DNA from: a virus
Direction: 5' to 3' (one strand)
DNA: 11,043 nt
Virus genome (UHGV): UHGV-0098765
In this document: positions 7,356 to 11,043 of the stretch, one piece after another
Layout of the letters: each line of letters starts with the position of its first letter
How positions within the stretch are numbered: position 1 is the stretch's first letter
The notes under the pieces: generated by a model
The model's database searches: none
What the model saw: only the letters and a program-made list of their open reading frames with translations
Told to the model about the DNA's origin: nothing
Position numbers and translations under genes: made by a program

Positions 7356-7452
7356 GCGTTTATTACATTTCTTTATTGCGCGTTAAGCAAATCAACTTGC
7401 GCAAAATATTTGCGTGAAATAATATGCTCATCACGCAATATGTGGAGGTTAT
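7356..7452. promoter_or_regulatory. Divergent PRM/PR promoter and operator (OR) region
   Basis: PR on plus: -35 TTGCGC 7397-7402, 17-bp spacer, -10 TAATAT 7420-7425, GGAGG RBS 7444-7448. PRM on minus: -35 TTGCTT (plus 7385-7390), 17-bp spacer, -10 TGTAAT (plus 7362-7367). Operator-like palindromes: TTGCGCGTTAAGCAA 7376-7390, and inverted repeat TTGCGTGA (7410-7417) / TCACGCAA (7431-7438) flanking the PR -10. Confidence 0.6.
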
Positions 7453-7713
7453 ATGCAATCACCATTACGGAATGTGCGTAAGGCGCACGGATTTACTTTG
7501 CAGCATGTTGCTGCTGGCGTTCAGGTCAATCCAGCGACGCTGAGTCGTATTGAAAGACTGGAACAAATTCCATCTATCGATCTTGCAGAACGTCTGGCCA
7601 ATTTTTTTAAGGGTGAAATCAGCGAAATGCAGATTCTTTATCCGGCACGTTTTCAATCTAGCCAAAACCAGAATGGGTTTAAACCACAGGAACAGGAGGT
7701 AAGCCGTGGGTAA
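7453..7713 (+). CDS. Cro-like HTH transcriptional regulator (86 aa)
   Basis: GGAGG RBS; XRE-type HTH (AHGFTLQHVAAGVQVNPATLSRIER); divergent from the repressor gene across the operator region. Confidence 0.8.
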   Translation: MQSPLRNVRKAHGFTLQHVAAGVQVNPATLSRIERLEQIPSIDLAERLANFFKGEISEMQILYPARFQSSQNQNGFKPQEQEVSRG

Positions 7714-8257
7714 GCATCATTGGAAAGTGGAAAAACAACCTGAGTGGTACGTGAAAGCTGTCAGAAAAACTATCGCGGCATTGCCTGGGGGTTACGCTGA
7801 AGCTGCTGACTGGTTGGATGTAACAGAGAACGCTTTATTCAACCGCCTTCGTGCAGATGGCGATCAGATTTTCCCGTTGGGATGGGCAATGGTTTTACAG
7901 CGTGCTGCTGGCAATCACCACATTGCGGATGCTGTCGCACAGTCTGCTGGTGGGGTGTTTGTATCACTTCCTGAAATTGAGGAAGTAGAGAACGCCGATA
8001 TCAACCAGCGCCTGCTGGAGGTCATTGAACAGATCGGCAGTTATTCAAAACAGATTCGTTCAGCAATTGAAGACGGGGTGGTGGAACCACACGAGCAGGC
8101 AGCAATTAACGACGAGCTGTACATGTCAATTTCGAAGCTGCAGGAGCATGCAGCACTGGTCTACAAAATCTTTTGCGCTCCAGAAAAGAGTGACGCCCGC
8201 GAGTGTGCAGCTCCGGGCGCCGTGGCGTTTTGTGTCTGTGGAGAAACTAACGCATGA
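7706..8257 (+). CDS. Putative CII-like phage regulatory protein (183 aa), function hedged
   Basis: GTG start at 7706 with AGGAGG 6 nt upstream, overlapping the cro-like stop by 8 nt. Position immediately after cro. No specific motif verified. Confidence 0.55.
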   Translation: MGKHHWKVEKQPEWYVKAVRKTIAALPGGYAEAADWLDVTENALFNRLRADGDQIFPLGWAMVLQRAAGNHHIADAVAQSAGGVFVSLPEIEEVENADINQRLLEVIEQIGSYSKQIRSAIEDGVVEPHEQAAINDELYMSISKLQEHAALVYKIFCAPEKSDARECAAPGAVAFCVCGETNA

Positions 8258-9405
8258 ACAGTTTAACGGCAAATAACCGTTTGTCGCAACAGCTGGTGGT
8301 CAGCGTGGCTGAACACCTGTTGTTACGGCATGAATGCAGATTACCAAATCACCTGGCTGTAAGTAACCACAGAGAACTTTACCTGACTGTGGGGGGCGAG
8401 TTGTGCAGGAACTTAACCGCTGGTTTCGTGACGGAAGAGGGCTTTATGTCCATGTTATTCGTTGGGAGCCAGAAACACAGCGCGTTATCTATCTTCGCAA
8501 AGACTACCCGCATGAGTGCTTTAGTCCTTTGTGGAAATTCAGGCGTGATTTTGTTGAGTGTGAAGGACCACCAACACATTGATTCTGCCATTCCGGGACG
8601 TTACACTATTCAGGCACCTTATAAAACGGGTGCCGGGCGTGGAAACCCGGAATTCACCAAAGCGCACAACCGCGCTCTTGCGGTTTTTTTGTGTCATGAG
8701 CAGCATTACGCCCAAATTATGGTGGGGCGTGCAGGGCCAACTTCGGTTGGGCCGGGTTCTTTGGTGACCGGTATTTCCACCCCTGTACGTCTCACCACCA
8801 ATAAGGTCGTGGAAAGCCTTGGTGGTGAGTTATTAAAAATCACCAAAGAGGCTGCCATCATGGCTACGATCCCAACCCTCACTCAACCTGAAATTGCCAT
8901 CGTTGATGGTCAGGCTGTTACTTCATCCCTGGCTGTTGCCAACTTCTTCTCCAAACGTCATGACGATGTACTGAAAAAGATCCGCACGCTTGAATGCTCA
9001 GCATCATTCACTGCCCGCAATTTTTCGGTGAGTGATTACACTGATTGCACAGGTCGCAAACTTCCTTGCTACCAAATCACACGCGACGGTTTTGCGTTTC
9101 TTGCTATGGGTTTCACGGGTAAACGTGCTGCCCAGTTCAAAGAGGCATATATCAATGCCTTTAACCAGATGGAGAAACAGCTTTCAAAGCCCTATGTACC
9201 GAGCGACGTTGCACATAACGCCAGCGTTCTCTGTTCCTACATTTCATCAATTCATCAGGTCTGGCTGCAGCAGCTTTATCCTATGTTGGCAAAAGCCGAA
9301 TCTCCGCTGGCTGTTAGCTTATATGACTATATTAATGATGCTTCGGCGCTGGCCTGCCTCATAAATTTGTCGCTGAACCCTTCAGAGGTAAGGGGGCGCA
9401 AATGA
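8254..9405 (+). CDS. Rha-family phage regulatory protein (Rha domain in the C-terminal half); alternative start at ATG 8840 gives a 188-aa canonical Rha protein
   Basis: ATG 8254 overlaps the CII-like stop (ATGA) with a GGAGAAA RBS, and the frame stays open for 383 codons. The recognisable Rha domain (VDGQAVTSSLAVANFFSKRHDDVLKKIR...YQITRDGFAFLAMGFTGKRAAQFKEAYINAFNQMEKQL) begins only after ATG 8840, which has its own AAAGAGG RBS. A terminator-like hairpin with a T7 run (8648-8670) lies inside the N-terminal part. Confidence 0.45.
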   Translation: MNSLTANNRLSQQLVVSVAEHLLLRHECRLPNHLAVSNHRELYLTVGGELCRNLTAGFVTEEGFMSMLFVGSQKHSALSIFAKTTRMSALVLCGNSGVILLSVKDHQHIDSAIPGRYTIQAPYKTGAGRGNPEFTKAHNRALAVFLCHEQHYAQIMVGRAGPTSVGPGSLVTGISTPVRLTTNKVVESLGGELLKITKEAAIMATIPTLTQPEIAIVDGQAVTSSLAVANFFSKRHDDVLKKIRTLECSASFTARNFSVSDYTDCTGRKLPCYQITRDGFAFLAMGFTGKRAAQFKEAYINAFNQMEKQLSKPYVPSDVAHNASVLCSYISSIHQVWLQQLYPMLAKAESPLAVSLYDYINDASALACLINLSLNPSEVRGRK

Positions 9406-9626
9406 TCCGGAATATTTTCAAACGGTTTACCAATCAGACCTTCCGTTGTCCTCGTCCGGGTCAGTGGTACACCACGCCTGCAGGGCATGTTCTACGTGTT
9501 AGCCTGGTTGACCGTGAATGTCAGAAAGTGATTTGTGAACCGCTGGGCCGTAATTACCGCGTCAGTATGCCGCTTATAGCATTTCGCTCTGGAAAAAACA
9601 TGAAGCATCTCGGAGGTGCAGCATGA
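9402..9626 (+). CDS. Hypothetical small Cys-containing protein (74 aa)
   Basis: ATGA overlaps at both ends (9402-9405 and 9623-9626), consistent with translational coupling inside the replication operon. Confidence 0.5.
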   Translation: MIRNIFKRFTNQTFRCPRPGQWYTTPAGHVLRVSLVDRECQKVICEPLGRNYRVSMPLIAFRSGKNMKHLGGAA

Positions 9627-10441
9627 GTATGGAGCTGATGGTTAAAGCGATGAAAATTCGAGTGGGTAATCCATTGCGAAAACTGGTTCTGATCAAGCTG
9701 GCTGATAATGCCAGCGATCAGGGTGAGTGCTGGCCCAGCTACCAGCATATTGCTGACCAGTGCGAGATTAGCAAACGTTCTGTGATGAATCATATTGCGG
9801 CCCTTTGTGATTCCGGGCTGGTAAAAAAAGTCACCCGGAAAGGTGAAAAAGGTAACTCAAGTAATATCTATCTCCTTCATCTTGATGGTGCAGGAGATTC
9901 ACTAGGGGGTAGTGCAAATGATTCACTATCTGGTGCAGCAAATTCACCAGGTAGTGCAGGAGTTGCACCAGGGGGTGGTGCAGGAGATTCACCCAGAACC
10001 AGTCACTCTTTTGAACCAGTCAATGAACCAGTCAATGAACCAATAGCTGTTGGTGCATCTGCTGATGAGTCTGTGCGAGTTCGTTCAAACCGACCGGAAT
10101 ACTCTCCGGAGTTTGAGCAGGCATGGCTGGCATATCCCAAACGTGCTGGTGGCAATTCAAAATCAGCGGCCTTCAAAGCCTGGAAAGCCCGTTTGAACGA
10201 GGGGGTAAACCCCGAAACCATGCTGGAAGGTGTGAAACGCTACGCGGGCTGGGTATCTGCGATGGGCAATAGCGGCACACAATTTGTGAAACAGGCTGTC
10301 ACGTTCTTTGGTCCGGATCGTCATTTCGAAGAATCCTGGGAAGTTCCTGCGGTATCTGCAGCTAGACGTGAGGACCCGTACTTCAAAGCCAGTTACGACA
10401 ACGTGGACTACAGCCAGATCCCGGCAGGATTCAGGGGGTGA
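9623..10441 (+). CDS. Replication initiator, lambda O-like organisation (N-terminal winged-helix DNA-binding domain, internal iterons, C-terminal domain; 272 aa)
   Basis: GGAGG RBS 6 nt upstream. N-terminus (LRKLVLIKLADNASDQGECWPSYQHIADQCEISKRSVMNHIAALCDSGLV) is replication-protein HTH-like. A low-complexity linker (GAGDSLGGSANDSLSGAANSPGSAGVAPGGGAGDSP) is encoded by a direct-repeat array. Confidence 0.75.
   Translation: MSMELMVKAMKIRVGNPLRKLVLIKLADNASDQGECWPSYQHIADQCEISKRSVMNHIAALCDSGLVKKVTRKGEKGNSSNIYLLHLDGAGDSLGGSANDSLSGAANSPGSAGVAPGGGAGDSPRTSHSFEPVNEPVNEPIAVGASADESVRVRSNRPEYSPEFEQAWLAYPKRAGGNSKSAAFKAWKARLNEGVNPETMLEGVKRYAGWVSAMGNSGTQFVKQAVTFFGPDRHFEESWEVPAVSAARREDPYFKASYDNVDYSQIPAGFRG
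9887..10036. repeat. Iteron array (putative prophage replication origin) inside the O-like gene
   Basis: Five direct repeats of a 16-bp unit RGTGCA-N6-TKCAC at 9887, 9911, 9932, 9953 and 9977 (spacing 21-24 bp), each with inverted GTG/CAC ends. Followed by tandem 12-bp GAACCAGTCAAT x2.6 at 10013-10044. Confidence 0.7.
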
Positions 10442-10443
10442 TC

Positions 10444-10932
10444 ATGAGTCTTTTGAATGAAGTTCAGAAATTCATTGAAGCCCATCCGGGGTGTACTTCC
10501 GGAGACATTGCGGATGCTTTTGCAGGTTACTCACGACAGCGCGTTCTGCAGTCAGCAAGCAAGTTACGTCAGAGTGGGCGTGTGGCTCACCGTTGTGAAG
10601 GAGATACACGCAGACATTTCCCACACCTGACTGAGAGAGCGCAGGAACCGGAACCACAACCAGTTCGTGAAACCAGACCTGTGCGCAATTTCTATGTCGG
10701 CACTAACGATCCCCGGGTGATTTTGTGCCTGACCCGCCAGGCGGAAGAACTGGAGTCCAGGGGCTTATACCGTCGTGCTGCAACGGTGTGGATGGCGGCA
10801 TTCCGTGAAAGCCACTCCCAGCCAGAACGAAACAATTTTCTGGCGCGTCGTGAGCAGTGTTTACGGAAAAGCAGCAAGCGCGCTGCATCGGGTGAAGAGT
10901 GGTATCTGTCAGGGAATTACGTGGGGGCTTAA
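10444..10932 (+). CDS. PerC-family-like transcriptional regulator (162 aa from ATG 10444; ORF track starts at GTG 10438)
   Basis: AGGGGG 5 nt before ATG 10444; overlaps the O-like stop. C-terminal segment AEELESRGLYRRAATVWMAAFRESH...REQCLRKS resembles the PerC/Pch family motif as I remember it. Confidence 0.55.
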   Translation: MSLLNEVQKFIEAHPGCTSGDIADAFAGYSRQRVLQSASKLRQSGRVAHRCEGDTRRHFPHLTERAQEPEPQPVRETRPVRNFYVGTNDPRVILCLTRQAEELESRGLYRRAATVWMAAFRESHSQPERNNFLARREQCLRKSSKRAASGEEWYLSGNYVGA

Positions 10933-11043
10933 TGAGTAATAAATATTGCCAGGCGCTGGTGGAACTGCGGAACAAACCAGCCCATGAACTGAAGGAAGTG
11001 GGCGATCAGTGGCGCACGCCGGATAACATTTTCTGGGGAATTA
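10932..11043 (+). CDS. Putative phage DNA N6-adenine methyltransferase (Dam-like), 5' fragment truncated by the window end
   Basis: ATG 10932 overlaps the upstream stop (TAATG). N-terminus MSNKYCQALVELRNKPAHELKEVGDQWRTPDNIFWGI carries the W-x-TP-x-x-IF motif I associate with phage Dam N-termini. Confidence 0.4.
   Translation, partial: MSNKYCQALVELRNKPAHELKEVGDQWRTPDNIFWGI

Noticed and set aside
6726-7386. ORFs 6726..7163 (+), 6800..7015 (-) and 7027..7386 (+) overlapping the repressor gene
   Set aside because: All overlap the strongly supported CI-like gene in other frames or antisense.
8379-8767. ORFs 8379..8591 (-) and 8579..8767 (+)
   Set aside because: TTG start or antisense, Arg/Trp-rich composition; less plausible than the frame-1 and frame-0 alternatives discussed in the findings.
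9887-9992. Direct-repeat array considered as a possible CRISPR or retron element
   Set aside because: Repeats are 16 bp at 21-24-bp spacing inside a coding linker, with no spacer-sized unique units, cas genes or reverse transcriptase; they fit replication iterons.
10003-10975. Minus-strand ORFs 10003..10221, 10472..10657, 10692..10877 and 10703..10975
   Set aside because: Antisense to the coupled plus-strand replication-module genes; Pro/Arg/Ser-rich translations typical of GC-rich antisense frames.

Overview
This window reads as the early/regulatory half of a lambdoid prophage of the KplE1/CPS-53 type in an E. coli-like genome; all calls rest on reading the ORF translations and the DNA by eye, with no database search. 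Left to right: a plus-strand cargo or flank (GNAT-like 177-aa ORF, a 57-aa small ORF, a bidirectional terminator); then a minus-strand early-left operon of tightly overlapping genes (excisionase-like, frameshifted DnaQ-like exonuclease, DUF551, Ea22-like, small hypotheticals, a second DUF551, HD phosphohydrolase, YfdQ-like, YfdP-like). A ~600-nt ORF-free, hairpin-dense leader with its own intrinsic terminator separates these from the immunity region (CI-like repressor, divergent Cro-like and CII-like genes, TTGC-N7-GCAA operators). The right end is a replication module (Rha-domain ORF, 74-aa ORF, O-like initiator with internal iterons, PerC-like regulator, truncated Dam-like methyltransferase). 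No integrase, rRNA, tRNA or CRISPR array is visible. The most unusual features are the structured leader with no N-like gene, the ambiguous coding region at 8254-8840, and the left-end cargo pair.
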